Assembly: GCF_006345805.1 (NCBI RefSeq)
Contig: NC_043006.1
Coordinates: forward strand, 36,146,001-36,210,000
Length of the DNA stretch: 64,000 bases
Origin: Octopus sinensis
Taxonomy: Eukaryota
Reading direction: 5' to 3'
The notes beneath the pieces were generated by a model. It had not been told where the DNA came from. It did not search any database and worked only from the letters and a program-made list of their open reading frames with translations. Below, in pieces: positions 33,324-49,547 of this stretch. The translations under genes were made by a program, and so were the position numbers. How positions within the stretch are numbered: position 1 is the stretch's first letter; each line of letters begins with the position of its first letter.

Positions 33324-34261
33324 GTTTGTATGTATGTATACGAATGACTTTTGCTCCCCCCCCCACACACACACGCATACGTGAGTGAACAAAAGCTGTT
33401 TCTGCCTGACTATGTCCAACATTTATGTACATAAACCCCCGTACGATAAGAAATTTAAAAAATATTTGGTAATACGAAGACAATTATTTGTAGTGTTGTC
33501 AGTTTGAGGACCACAAATTTGTTCGGTGGAGGAGAATTAAGTTGATTTATCGACCCTAGTATGCCAGTAGAATTTAGTTTATGCACCGGAATGAGATATA
33601 ATTAAATCAGATGCTCAACAGATTTTGACATCCTAGCCATAAATGAAAATATAATAAATGATGTCTTTTTTTTTTTTTTTTTTTTTGTAATTTTGGTGCA
33701 AGGTCTAAAACCTAAAAGGCGAGAGATCATTAATTATATTAACACTGAAAGGATCGTAGAATGCTAGAAGAAATGCCACTTAGCATTTTGTGCGACACGT
33801 TACAATTCTGCCAATACTTCTCCTTAAATGTACTAATAGTAACAGTATGTTACAGAGAATCGACTACAGTACATGCTTGCTGCTTAATTTAATGAGTCGA
33901 AAACAGACAAAAAGAAATAGCCTTCGTCATCAGGATTCGCTATGCGAAATATAATTCAAGGGACATAACTAAATAGCTCCCTACAGTGTTTTAGTTAACT
34001 CCCTTGCATGCAAGTGTTTCCTCCCCACTAAATTTATACCGTAGCTTCTAAGAGTCATATCTGAACTAAACGCTGCTTAAGATGATTTATATATTTAAAC
34101 GAAACTTACCTGTCATTGATAAAATTTACAATTCTAGTTTCGATCGTTGAGTTGGTAATAAAATACGCCGAGTTTCCAAATAACGGTGCAAGGTTTAACC
34201 TTCAAGTTGATGTTCAATCATGAAGGTTTGATGTAAATAAATATTAATCCTTTGCATTATA

Positions 34262-34853
34262 GGCATCAGGGCTGACATTTTGGGTAAGAGGGCGAGTCGA
34301 TTACATCTGGTACTTATTTAATCGACATCGAAAGGATGAAAAGCAAAGTCGACCTCAGCGGAATTTGAACTCAGAACGTAGCGGCAGACGAAATACCTAT
34401 TTCTTTACTACCCACAAGGGGTTAAACACAGAGAGGACAAACAAGGACAGACAAACGGATTAAGTCGATTATATCGACCCCAGTTACGCACTGGTACTTA
34501 TTTAATCGACCCCGAAAGGATGAAAGGCAAAGTCGACCTCGGCGGAACTTGAACTCAGAACGTAACGGCAGACGAAATACCGCTGAGCATTTCGCTAACT
34601 ATTCTGCCAGCTCGCTGCCTTCAACAACAACAACCACAACAACAACAACAATAATAATAATGATAATAATGGATTCGAATTTTGGCACAAGGGCAGCAAT
34701 TTGGGGGAAAGGATTAAGTCGATTACATGGCACTTATTTTATCGACCCCGAAAGGATGAAAGGCAAAGTCAACCTCGGCGGAATTTGAACTCGGAACGTA
34801 GCTTCAGGCGAAATACCACTAAACATTTCGTCCAGCGTGCTAACGATTCTGCC
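34262..34853 (-). mobile_element. SINE A composite (34262-34622) and a further SINE A (34680-34853)
   Basis: Repeated TCGACCCCGAAAGGATGAAAGGCAAAGTCGACCTCGGCGGAA core; junction at 34396/34397. Confidence 0.85.
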
Positions 34854-34890
34854 TATAATAATAATGATGATAATAATGATGATGATGATG

Positions 34891-34935
<45 letters not shown>

Positions 34936-35039
34936 TAATAATAATAACAATTGCATCCAACTTTAGACCAGTAATGTCAGGTACTTTGGCCGGTGAACTA
35001 TATAGATACTTGGAAAAAAGTTAGCTGCTACCTATTGAA

Positions 35040-37065
<2,026 letters not shown>

Positions 37066-37108
37066 ATAAACAGAAATAATAATTACAATAATAATAATAA
37101 TGAGAATA

Positions 37109-37171
<63 letters not shown>

Positions 37172-37189
37172 TAATAATGGCAGAAATTC

Positions 37190-37434
37190 AAAAGATAGTG
37201 CTCATGGGAACTGCTCATATCCTACGCAAAATACTTTCTATGTAATCTCAAGGTTTAAAACAAACATAATTTTCGGGGGGTTTTTTCGACATTCACTAGT
37301 GCAACACCAAAAAAAAACAAATATATGGCACACTAGGCATAACAACAACATGAACTTCCAACCTGTTGTCTCTTGAGGTCTCTGGGTGAGACTTGGAGCC
37401 AACTTGTACAAATATAAAGCAAAAGTCAAACATA

Positions 37435-37440
<6 letters not shown>
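37190..37440 (+). mobile_element. 3' end of a second, different R4/Dong-like element ending in (AAT)n
   Basis: EIQKIVLMGTAHILRKILSM* followed by a distinct 3' UTR and an (AAT)n tract at ~37435-37490. Confidence 0.7.
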
Positions 37441-37491
<51 letters not shown>

Positions 37492-37907
37492 GTACCAGTA
37501 ATATTTAGAGACTGCTTGCATCAGTTATACACTGTCCTTCCTAAAAAGAAGTGTATCTTTCAGTCTTAGAAAAACATTGTCATTACCATAGAAAGTAGTA
37601 TGAATTGCTGTGACGATGAAGTCCCTTGGCGTAAAAGGCATTGTGGTATTACTTGTGTATATTTTATGGAGTTCAAATCCCGGCGGTTTCAACTTCTTTT
37701 ATCCATCTGAAGACAAAGAAAGAAAAAAAACACAACAGTGATGTAAGTAGCCATTTTTTCGGTTTTGTTTTTGTTTGTTTTTTTGTTGTTTTTATTGCGG
37801 TGGAGCGAGCGGTTAATACTTTCCCCAACAAAGAAAAATTTGCTCGTTTGCATAAACTAGGAGTGTGTGTGATGTTTTGCAAACAACTTGCTGATGCGAA
37901 TGCTACC

Positions 37908-38086
37908 TGTTGGAAGCTTTCGCCTTTCGTTATATACCAAATGGAAGCTCTCGCCTTTCGTTTATATACCAAATGGAAGCTCTCGCCTTTCGTTTATATA
38001 CCAGTTGGAAGCTCTCGCCTTTCGTTATATACCAAATGGAAGCTCTCGCCTTTCGTTTATATACCAGTTGGAAGCTCTCGCCTTTC
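37908..38086. repeat. 31-32-bp minisatellite, ~5.5 copies
   Basis: GGAAGCTCTCGCCTTTCGTTTATATACCAAAT and its ..CCAGTT variant. Confidence 0.95.
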
Positions 38087-38666
38087 AATGTTCGCAGTTT
38101 AAGTTTCATCGGCAACCGTCTTTTCTCCTTTGCAACCTTCCATAAAATACAACACCGTCTAATGAAATTTCTTACAGTTTTGTATCACATCCATTGAAGC
38201 TCTGGGTAATCTCGGGTGCTGGTCTGAAATCTTGTCAAGGAACAAGCTTCAGTTTTTTGTCACAACGATCCGTCACCAAGTGATATTTTCTGTACAATAA
38301 ATAGCAGGATATAACTACAGTTCCTGTATAAAGTTGGTTGGAATCTGGAACACATTTGGCTTAGAGTATATAAAACGGAGAATTTTCTGCTGAGAAGTTC
38401 ATATCTTATCCATACATCCATCACTGGTTCTGCGTTGAGTAGCTTGGAATGAAATGCTCCGCACTTAACACCCAGCTTGCATCATAAGAGAGAGAAAGAG
38501 AATGGAAGAGGGGGGTGAAGCACAGAGAGAGAGTAGGGAGAGAGAGTGAAGAAGTAGCCACCAATCGGAAGCGAAACATCAAACTGACTGAGACTTAGCG
38601 AAGTGATTTGGCGGGGGCTACGTGGAAGTTGATGTCTGATACAAGAATGGATGATTGGCTTTGTGA

Positions 38667-39385
38667 AGGAAGGAAGGAAGGAAGGAAGGAAGGAAGGAAG
38701 GAAGGAAGGAAGGAAGGAAGGAAGGAAGGAAGGAAGGAAGGAAGGAAGGAAGGAAGGAAGGGTGCTAAGAATAAATGAACGTTCGTCGCAGTTTGACCAG
38801 AGAACGATTTCTTGCGTTGAGGATGAAACAAAAGATAGAGGCTGCACATTACAAATGGCTTTCAGAAAAGCTGTCATTCTGGATTTATTTATGCGATGTA
38901 TATCTGATGGTGTAATAGGGGTGGCGTGCAGAGTAACTGTGATTTTGGACTGTAGTTGTATAGCAATAAATAACCTTTCTACACCCTTCTATCTGCCACC
39001 ACCACCACCACCACCACCACCCCATTTCCTTCAACCAGCATCCACACCAAATGGGGTGGTTACATTGTCTTCTAACAGAACTTTTGGTAGCGACGGGAAC
39101 CAAACCAAAAGTAATAATGATTATGGTGGTGGTGGTGATGGTGGTGGCGGTGGTGCTGGTGCTGGTGCTGGTGCTGGTGCTGGTACTGGTGCTGGTAGTG
39201 CTGGTGATGGTGGTGGTGCTGGTGGTGGTGCTGGTGGTGGTGCTGGTGGTGCTGGTGGTGGTGGTGGTGGTGCTGGTGGTGCTGGTGGTGCTGGTGGTGA
39301 TGATGGTGGTGCTGGTGGTGCTGGTGGTGCTGGTAGTGGTAGTGGTGGTGCTGGTGCTGGTGCTGGTGCTGGTGAACGTGGTGGT
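38667..39385. repeat. (GAAG)n, (CCA)n and (GGT/GCT)n low-complexity tracts
   Basis: Seen directly. Confidence 0.95.
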
Positions 39386-40227
39386 TATTTAGCCCTCGGT
39401 CAACCTTCGTCGTACTGACTTTTATTTTTTTATCTTTTACTGGTTTCAGTCACTGAAGTGCGGCCATGATGGAGCATTGCCTTGAGGGAGTTTAGTCTAG
39501 ACATGCAATACCTGTTTCGAGAAGCGGGCCGCATGAGACATGGCTCATCACCTCTCGTGTGGCCGCACCACTAAGAATTTTAATAAATGGATTTTTCCTT
39601 GTGAAATGAGGTATGTTTTCAGAAGGTCTCGCGGGTCGCAGTTTTCCCACAGCAGGTTTAGTAGAACAAATCGAAACAAATGCTCAATTTTTAAATCTAG
39701 AGTTTATTTTATCTGTCTTCTTTGCCGAACTGTTCTTTGCCAAACATATTGATCCTCTCATCTTGGTTCCAGCTGGAACCGAGAAAAGAGAGTCAACATG
39801 CATTATATAATATTTCTGTGAAAAATTCTAAGTGTTGAATTTTGCTCTGAATTCACCCGAAGAAAACAGATATAATTGATTTGTTCATCAATAAAAAGAA
39901 AACTACGTCTGAAACAGCTGTAGTGAAACTCGGCATATCTATATTGTTATTTATATTTCACGACACTCGTAACCCTCTCTGCGTTGGATCTTGAGCCTAC
40001 AGTGGTCTGTAGAGCGCATGCCGAAGTGTACTCATGTGTAGCTATACTTATACGTTGTATATTTGGTCCATACTTGTGAATCCATGCGTAGCGGAAAGGA
40101 CAAATCCGTATTTATTTTGTAAGTACGTGAGTGTCCGTATGCACTGTTCGTACACAGGTACATTATCCCCGACTTTACCTTAATGCCTTTGTTATTTAAA
40201 TACTTTGATTCCATTGGATCTTGAAAG

Positions 40228-40285
<58 letters not shown>

Positions 40286-40559
40286 TGTGTGTGTGTGTGT
40301 GTGTCTGTATTTTTTTCACTGTGTACGAATAACAAGAAAAAAACAGATAAATAGTTACCAGGGTAGCAAAAATTCACATAAGCGCCAAAGATATTACATA
40401 CTACCTATAAAGGTAGGAATTCCAGAGTTAAGCGAAATGTTTTTGTATAACATGGATATAAATTAAGAAATAGTCAAACGCAGGTGTTATTCAGACCATT
40501 TTATACTTCCAACATATGTTTCGGAAAAAGCATTGAGATTATTCCGGAGGAAACAAAAA

Positions 40560-42480
40560 TGATGTAAAACAATGCATTCATGTTGTCTACTACAAATGCA
40601 GTTACTTAATATAAACGCATCTCTTAAGGATATACCTATTCCCCCAAGAAAGGTTTTCCTTAAACAACTCCTTTATTAACCGTATTAGATGGCTTGCTTT
40701 CTTCTTCGACAATAAAGAAATTAATAAAGCTGCTAACAAATAAACTTCTGAATTCAGCAAATTGTTTAAATCTAAAAACAATCCTCCACTTAACACCAGA
40801 TTGAAACATTTTGAAGAAGATCTCTGGAATATCGTGAAGAATGGGAAATTCCATCGTTCACCCTTATGGAATAAACATCTGATTTATCTTCACAATATCA
40901 TCAAAGAAATTTACAACATTAATGGGACACTGGTTCACTCTGATAAAACGGGAAACATATACAGATTTACCAAGGATTACTACCTAGAATTGCTTAGGAA
41001 AGAAACGCAAAAGAATTATAGGATTACTGGTAAAAGTGCTAACAAGAAAGTCAACCTTAAGGCGAAGAAAATTATGGATAAATGGCTTACAGATGAAGAC
41101 TGAACCTCTTGATCCCAAACAACTGCGTTTTATTTTAAAAGACCACAAACCACATTTTCTTAATAACCCAACCTTACGATTTATTTGTCCTTCTAGCTTT
41201 GACATCGATGTATTTTGTAAAAATATTCTAGATAAATATATTCCTGCTTTAGTGTTTAAAAAAATAATACTTAATTTATGATCTAATTCGTTCCAAGTGG
41301 TCAAATGGCTTAATTCGGTTAGTAACAAGAAGTGCACCAAGTTTATCCAGTTCGACATTTCTAGTTACAATTCTTCTATTAATCTAACTGTACTTAACAA
41401 AGCGCTCTGGTTTGCACACAACAAAGCCGGTCTCACCCGGGATGAAATTAATGTAGTGTTAGGTGCCAGAAAATCATTCATTAAATTTGAAAATAAGCTC
41501 TGGCTCCGTAAAGATAGGCCTGGTGGTTTTGATGTTACGTTGGGAAGTTCAGACTCCACACAAATTTCTGATTTGGTTGGTATCTATAACATTTCTGAGA
41601 TGACTTACCAATTCCCAAACATCAAGGGAGGTCTATATCGTGATGATTGTTTACTCTACCTTCAAACTTTTTCAAACCAAAAATTTCAAAGGGCTTAAAA
41701 TAGATTGGTGAAAATTTTTCGGAAATATGGGCTTAAACATTATTTTCGATAAATAATATAACTAAAGCCAATTTTTTTAGATATTACTCTTAACTTATAT
41801 AATGATTCGTATTTCCCATAACATAAGCTCTCAACTTATTTAAAATATATTTGCTTTTTTAGTAATCATCCGAAGACTATAACAAGAAACTTTAAAATAT
41901 TTCACTTAGACTTTTTTCAGACTATCTGCTAATGTTGATATCTTTAATGAAAAAGCTGCATCTTATAACTCTGCCTTACTTAAAGCAGGCTATAAAGAAA
42001 AAAATACGTATCTTAACCCTACTGACATTAATTCTACCTCTATTAATCAAGACAAGAAAACATATCCTAATGGTAATAACAATATAAATTTTAGTTCGAA
42101 TAATAACAATAAATCAAAAAATTTAATTTTGCCGCATAAGGGAGATGACCGTTCTTTATTTTTACAAAATACAAAGAAGTCTTGGAATTTTAAAGATTGA
42201 TTCTAATTGGATGATCATTCCATTTGGTAAGCATATCAAATCCAACCTCCCTTATCAGCTTCCCAAAAATTCCAGTTACCATTCAATTATCACACCGAAT
42301 TAGGATTTTCAAACACCAAAAACATTTCACAAATCATTTCTTCACATGACCATAAGTTATTAGATACAAATCCTCCTAATGAAAATAATAACTATGATAC
42401 CCTGAATGAAATTGATCAATAGTAACATTTTCCTTTTATGGCAAAATATGTTCCTAATTCAATAAAATTATGAAGGTTAC
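40560..42480 (+). mobile_element. Degenerate Penelope-like retroelement (RT region with frameshifts and stops, decayed C-terminus)
   Basis: Conceptual translation gives SLKDIPIP..RIRWLAFFF, SDKTGNIY, LKDHKPHF.NNPTLRFICPS, FIQFDISSYNSSI, FDVTLGSSDSTQISDLVG, GLYRDDCL, FLDITLNL, SNHP. These are typical PLE RT motifs. Confidence 0.85.
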
Positions 42481-42633
42481 TTTGATTACTCTGCATAAAA
42501 TACAAAATATTGTATTTTTTGTTGTGTGTTTTACTACAAAACGTCACCAACTGCCTACCCTGTGTAATTACTGACGGCACGTGCCTGATATACAGTATAT
42601 ATACACACACACATACATACATACAAACATACT

Positions 42634-42687
<54 letters not shown>

Positions 42688-42689
42688 AT

Positions 42690-43110
42690 ATAAAAGGGCT
42701 TAGTAAAATAAATTACTTTGCCGCATACTGAACTCATTAGAAATAGCAGCTAAAAAAAAACTTTTTTAAAACTATTTCTAATACTTAAAGAAAACCTCTC
42801 TCATATAGTGTTTGCTCAATTCAACTCACGAAAGTATGGGGGTAGAGACATTAAAAAATCAAATGCAAAGGTTATTTGAGAACGTACGTTTCAAGATTAG
42901 TCAAACTCGACATTTCTATCATCAGCTCAGAACTCCCTGGTTTGGATTTGAAAACACTGAAAGTGGGAGCATACCCTTTCGGCTTCTTATCGCTTCTAAA
43001 GATATATAATGTAATAATTTGAATTCGCCTTAAATGGTCCCTTTGCATACTGAATACTTGGTGAAATTGATTAATTAATTAATTTTACCCTCAATTGTTG
43101 ATATATATAT
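42690..43110. repeat. (TA)n-flanked element of the same family
   Basis: Shares TTTGCCGCATACTGAAC..TAGAAATAGCAGC and AATTAATTAATTTTACC termini with the 11.1-kb and 55.8-kb copies. Confidence 0.65.
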
Positions 43111-43724
43111 ATATATATATATATGCATAAATACATATATGTACATACATTTTCAAACTCCAGTTTCGTACAGGACGATTCCTAACATATCTAGTGAACA
43201 CGCACGTAATCTCTTGTTGATTTGTCGATTTCCTCAACAACAAGAAGGTAAAATCCACAGCTGTTTGAATATTGTATTCCAAATATCTATCCTTGAAGGC
43301 CATATTAATAGAAACACAGCCCATCAACCAGTATGCAATCTTATCAACTGCACGTTCTTTCCACTTAGTAGAAATTCATTACAAAAGCGTTCATGTTTTG
43401 AGTTAAGAAAACACTGCAGGTGGTACCGAAAAGTGAATCAGGATTGACGGCAAATCTATTTAAAATTAGATACAAGTAGCACACTAACACCTTCACAATC
43501 AGAAAAATTATCCACTTCATCTACGTACACATAAAAATACTGAACTATATTATAATTAACAATACTCCTATAAATTGGAGGGTGAATATAAGTGATTGGC
43601 ACGTCTGACGAATCCTTGTACTTTTGAATATTTTCATCCTTTATTACTTTTTTTAATGAATGTTTTTAATATTTCTGTCATTAAATACCTTCGTTCTTTA
43701 GTATCGCAGAAAAAAGTATTATAG

Positions 43725-44364
43725 GCGCAGGTATGGCTGTGTGGGTAAATACTTCGCTATGCAACCACGAGGTTTTGCCTTCGGTTTCACTGTGCAACAC
43801 TTTGGGCAAGTCTCTTCTACTGTAGCTGATAGCCGAACAATGCTTTATGAGTGAATTTGCTAGGCGAACACTCAGTGGAAACCCGTCCTATGTGTGTGAG
43901 TGGGTGTGTTTGTGCACGTGTGTGCGTGTCTGTGTGTGAGTGTGTGCGTGCGTGTGTGTTGTCTTTGTGTTCGCATTTGCTACTCCACCACTTAAAACTC
44001 AGTGTTGGTTTGTTTACATCACCGTAATTTAACGATCCGACAAAATACACTGATAGAAAAAGTACCAGGTTTAGAAAATAAGTACTGGGATCAATCTGTT
44101 CGACTAAAACCCTTGAAAGTTGTGCCCCAGCATGGCCGTCGTTCAATGACTGAAAACAAGTCGAACGTTACAAAAAGAAATAGGCGCATGTGTGGCTGTG
44201 CGGTAAGAAGCTTCCTTCCCAACCACATGGTTCCGGGTTCAGTCCCACTGCGTGGCACCTTGGTCAAGTATCTTCTACTAAAGCTTCGGGCCGACCAAAG
44301 CCTTGTGAGTGGATGTGGTTGACGGAAACTGAAAGAAGCTCGTCGTATACATACATACAAACAT

Positions 44365-44423
<59 letters not shown>

Positions 44424-44650
44424 CATACGTATGTATGTATTTGTGTGTCTGTGTTTGACCTCCCACCATCGCTTGGCAACCGATGTTGGTGTGTTTATGT
44501 CCCTGTTACTTAGCGGCTCGGTAAAAGATACCGACAGAATACCAGGCTTACTAAGAATTAGTCCTGGGAGGGGGTGACTTGTTCGACTAAAAGGCAGTGC
44601 TCCAGCATGGCTGCAGTCAAATGACTGATACAAGCAAAAGAATAAAAGAA
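43725..44650 (+). mobile_element. Two adjacent SINE B copies (43725-44165, 44183-44650)
   Basis: Two AGGCGCA..GGCTGTG heads and two CAGCATGGC..CAAATGACTGA tails. Confidence 0.85.
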
Positions 44651-44914
44651 TACACGAAACGTCATAGCTTACGCCGAGGATTGAACCTACATTCATAGAA
44701 ACACTTCTCTCGCCAGGAACCTTGGACAACAGTTTACAGACGACCACTGAAAGTGAAATGTGAGAGGCACCGAATGATATACAATGTCTTTCAAACGTCA
44801 AAATCCCTATCGCCTTCATCTTCGTCGTCTTTTATCATTCTTTCCTGTTAATATCTTATACTGAATCGTGAAAACTAAGCTTTCGTAGGAGGTATTGGTT
44901 GATGGTTAGGATAA

Positions 44915-45038
44915 TGGTTGGTGGTGGTGGTAATGGTGGTGGTGGTGGTGGTGGTGGTGGTGGTGGTGGTGGTGGTGGTGATGGTGATGTTGGTAGTAAC
45001 TGTGATGGTGGCGGTAAAAATGGTGGTGGTGGTGGTGG

Positions 45039-45085
<47 letters not shown>

Positions 45086-45285
45086 GTAGTAACTGTGATG
45101 GGGGAGGCGGTAAAAAGGATGGCGGTGGTGGTGATGCTGTGATACTGATAACTGTGATGGTGGCGGTAAAAATGGTGGTGGTGGTGGTGGTGGCCGCGGC
45201 GGCGGAGGCGGCGGCGGCAGCGGCGATGATGATAGGGGGGTTGTGGGGATGTTGATCGTGATGGTAATGATGATGATGATGATGA

Positions 45286-45321
<36 letters not shown>

Positions 45322-45499
45322 AATGAAGTTCTAGGTTGTGCTTATGGTGGTGGTGATGGTGACGTTGGTGTGGGTAGTAGCTGTAGCGTTGGTGAATAAT
45401 TAACACCAGCGTGTTTCATAATTGATAAAACTGTCGCTCAAATATGAGTATGAATAAGTATGTATACATGTGAGTACGTAGATACATTTATGCTTGTGT

Positions 45500-45542
<43 letters not shown>

Positions 45543-45580
45543 GTATTTGTCTGTGTGTGTGAGTGTGTGTGTGTGTGTGT

Positions 45581-45645
<65 letters not shown>
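44915..45645. repeat. (GGT)n/(GAT)n and (TG)n microsatellite complex
   Basis: Seen directly. Confidence 0.95.
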
Positions 45646-45646
<1 letters not shown>

Positions 45647-46659
45647 CATGTAAACAATTTACAAACGTCTATACCCATTACCCTATTCCTGAAATGAAAA
45701 AAAGAGCGGATTTGCTAGACTTGAAAAGCTATAAATTTCATTAAAAATGACAAGCTTATCAGTGATTCTTTAATATCTCGTCCATAAGTTATCCTTTTAA
45801 GTTGATACAGCATTGTTGATGTAGCATCTGATTATAACAGGATACGTATGATCTCACATATGACCTTATATAGATTCATGGGTGCCTGCATGGCTGTATA
45901 GTCAAGAGATTTGCTTCGCGCTACATGTTTCAAGTGCTTTCTGTTATAGTCTCAGCTCCATCATGTAAGCATTGTGGATACAATTCGGCACATGGAATCT
46001 GTGCAAAAGTCCTTTGCATTTATATGGTGTGGGATACAAAAAAAATTGATGTGCGAAACCTACTTTGTGATATTACAATTCGCTCCAGTTACGTTTCCTT
46101 GATGTTATTGTTTTCTGTATGTCATAGTTTACATCTTTATGATCCATTTAAACATGAAATTACACATTCAGCGATGTTCCACCCATCGGGCGTTAACAAG
46201 CGACACATCAGAAAAATAGTCTCCTTATTTTCATTACATTTTGCCTGCTACTTGTTCTAGTTACGCGCGTAAAAATACACATATACAGATTGAGAGAGTG
46301 AGAGAATTGAACTGGGTTAAACGCTTTCCCTTTCTTCATACGCATAAAGATAAATATACTCCCACGCATTTGCAGAGAGAGAACGGGAGAGCGAAGAGGA
46401 GGGAAAGAAACATTAAAAACGTCCGATCTCAAATAAATCTGAAATAAGACCTGAAATTTGAGGGGAGGGAGTGAGACGATTACATTGACACCGGTACTTG
46501 ACTAGTATTCATTTTATTGACCCCGAAGGGATGAAAGGCGAAGAGTCGACATCGGCAGAATTTGGATGTAAAGACGGACGAAATGCATTTTGTTCAGCAT
46601 GCTAACAGTTCTGCTAACTTACCGTCTTCCGATGTGAAATAAATCAGAGACGAACCAGC

Positions 46660-46807
46660 AACGCCAAACAGGCAGCGCCAAACGGCTGTCTCCAAACGTT
46701 TCGTGCCCATATATCAGAGTTCTTTTAAAACTCTTAAGAACATCGGTGAATACAATATTCTCATCACTGCTTTCGGCAAAACCTTCCACCGTGTCTGACA
46801 TGAGCTT

Positions 46808-46871
<64 letters not shown>

Positions 46872-47060
46872 CCCCCTCTCTCTCTCTTTCTCTCTTATAA
46901 AACAATCCCGTTGCATTGTACACAGACAAGGCTATCTCGTGTCGGCATTCTGTCGACTCTGTAAGACCCACGATCACTTTATATCTCCCACACTCATCCT
47001 TCTGTACATTAATGATCTGCTCATGTTATTTCTAATTATAAACCTAAGTAGAAGATATGA
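46660..47060 (+). mobile_element. Degenerate LINE RT fragment interrupted by (TC)n
   Basis: LLSAKPSTVS (decayed SKAFDxV) and SPTLILLYINDLL (LSPxLFxxYINDL-like). Confidence 0.45.
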
Positions 47061-48112
47061 CTCTTCAATCCCTCTTAACATTCCGCATACATGCGTCATC
47101 TACACACACACACACAACCATATATGTATGCATATATACAGGTACATACATACATATGTACGTACGTACGTACATATATACATACACGTAGAGATAGATG
47201 CGCTCCCTCGTGCTTATCGACATTTCAGTTAAAGCCTTGTGGTGTACAATCACGGCTGAAAGGTGTCACGTTGATTCTCCTCTGTCTTTCACGTGATTCT
47301 GATTCAGTTGCCATGCTTAATAATTGAGGCATTTCCGCAAGGAACGGAGTAAATTTTGAATTCAGTTAACAAAAATAAGTAAATGGATAACAAGCACGTC
47401 TGAGTCATCATTGCACCGTAGTGGCACCAGTGAAAATTTCGACAGTGGAAACAGGTGACCCCATTTGGGACGGGGAATTTGCCACGTTCATGCTTTAAAG
47501 ATATAATGAGAGTAACAGAGGCAACAAGAAAGTTTATATTTAATCGATCCAGCTGCTAGAATTAGTAGCTAAATCTGGTTCGAATTAACGATGGATAAAG
47601 CAGTTCAAGTACACAATCTGAGAAGAAACAAAAGATTGTTATTCATAAAACGCCTTCGCTCATAGCCCAGTCCAGTTAACGCTAACCTGGGGCTAAAACC
47701 ACAGCAATAATAACAGTAACAACCACGGCATTGTCATCATCATCATCAGCAGCAGCAACAACCTCTGAACATTATTGTCTTGTGTCTTAGGCTCGGTTAC
47801 CCGATTTCCATGGAATATAAATGATCGGTATCGCAACAATATCCACAACATACCCAAGGAGGGGGACGCCAGTCTATTTCAGGGTTATTGATTCACAGGT
47901 AAGCAGACTGCGGCAACGTGAGATTAAGTACTTTTGCTCAATAACACAACGCACTGTCCGCTCCTGGAATGGAAACCACATTCTCGCGATCGTGAATGCA
48001 ACACTGCAACCACTAGGCCACACGTCACAGCAAACCATTGCCAGCATACCTCTAGTGGTTAGAAGCGTCCATATCCGTGTTAGACAATTTCAGCTTGCTA
48101 CCAGAGTCAGGC

Positions 48113-48420
48113 GTGGAGGTACATAGCCCAGTGGTTAGAGCAGTGGATTCGCAATCAAGGGATTGCGGGTTCGAATCTCAGACCGGGCGATATGTGTGTT
48201 TATGAGCGAAACACCTAAGCTCCACGCGGCTCCGGCAGAAGGTAATGGTGAAACTTCTGTTGACTCTTTCTTCACAACTTTCTCTCACTCTGTCCTTCTG
48301 CATCTAGCAGCTCACCTGCAACGGACCGGCGTCCCATCCAGGTGGGGAACCTATACGCCAATGAAACCGAGAAACCGGCCCTAATGAACAAGGCATGGCT
48401 CGAGAAGGAACAAACAACAA
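48113..48420 (+). mobile_element. Full-length SINE D
   Basis: Collinear with 30876-31182. Confidence 0.85.
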
Positions 48421-48509
48421 CCACAGTCAGATAATTAACCTTGGCTGTTAAAATTTCTCATTAACAAAATAAAAACAATAGCAAACAGTTTCATAGTATT
48501 TGAATTATC

Positions 48510-49130
48510 TTCTATCTTTTACTTGTTTCAATCGTTAGACTGTGGCCATACTGGAGCACCGCCTTGAGGAATTTTAGTCGAACGAATCAATCTCAGTACC
48601 TGTTTTTGCTTTTTCGTTTTTTTAAGCCTGGTACTTTTTTTTTTTTTGGTTTCTTTTGCCGAACCACTTTATTACGGGGACGTAAACGAACAAACACCGG
48701 TTGTCGAGGGTGGTGAGGGACAAGCACACACACACATGCACATGCACACATACATATATATATATATGGCGGGCTTCTTTCAGTTTCCCTCTACCAAATC
48801 CACTAACAAGTCTTCAATCAGCTCAAGGCTATAGTAGAAGATATTTACCGAAGGTGCCACGCAGCGGGACTGAACCTGGTTCCATGTAGTCGGGAAATAA
48901 ACTTCTTACTACACAGCCAAAACTTATATTATTATCAATTTTTCACAAGCACAAGCCCTGAAATTTGGCGGGAAATGGTTAGTTGATTACATCAACCTCA
49001 GTACTTGACTGGTACTTACTTTATCGACACCGAAAGGAATGAAACGCAAAGTCGATCTCGACGATATTTGAACTCAGAACGTAATAACACTAAGCATACT
49101 CCCCGGTCTGCTAACGATTCTGCCAGCACG
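48510..49130 (-). mobile_element. SINE B (48510-48920) and diverged SINE A (48945-49130)
   Basis: Reverse-complement family motifs. Confidence 0.75.
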
Positions 49131-49547
49131 CTGCTGTATTTCGTAACACAACAATGGCAAGGAATAAATTTCCTTTCTTTCTTTTCTTTTTTTACTTTAT
49201 ATTTATCTTATTTTGTATATTTATTTATTTATTTGGCGAGATAACACACGAACGTTAGTGGAAGTCAATTGATAAATATTAATTAGTAAAACAAGTGCGT
49301 GACACTGATTTAAGGTTTATTTAAGGTGAAAGAAGATTATTTTCAGCCGAAGATAATATACAACTTTAGTAACAGTCACAGGTGAGATTGGCTCTTTTTC
49401 TGAGTAATTTGAATTTCTATTTCCCACAAACACTTTCGTTGAAGACACTTTGCCGAAGTTACTCTGCTGCCATTCGATCTGCTAGTAATAGCAGCCAAAA
49501 ATCCCTCAAACGACATAGACAGTAGACGGTCTTGAAACGTTGAGGAC

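Noticed and set aside
37908-38086. CRISPR-like 32-bp periodicity
   Set aside because: Units are contiguous with no unique spacers, there are no cas genes, and the context is eukaryotic.
38651-39418. 255-aa Gly/Ala-rich, fibroin-like ORF
   Set aside because: It is made of (GAAG)n, (CCA)n and (GGT/GCT)n microsatellites; similar tracts occur at 44.9-45.4 kb and it has no unique coding signal.
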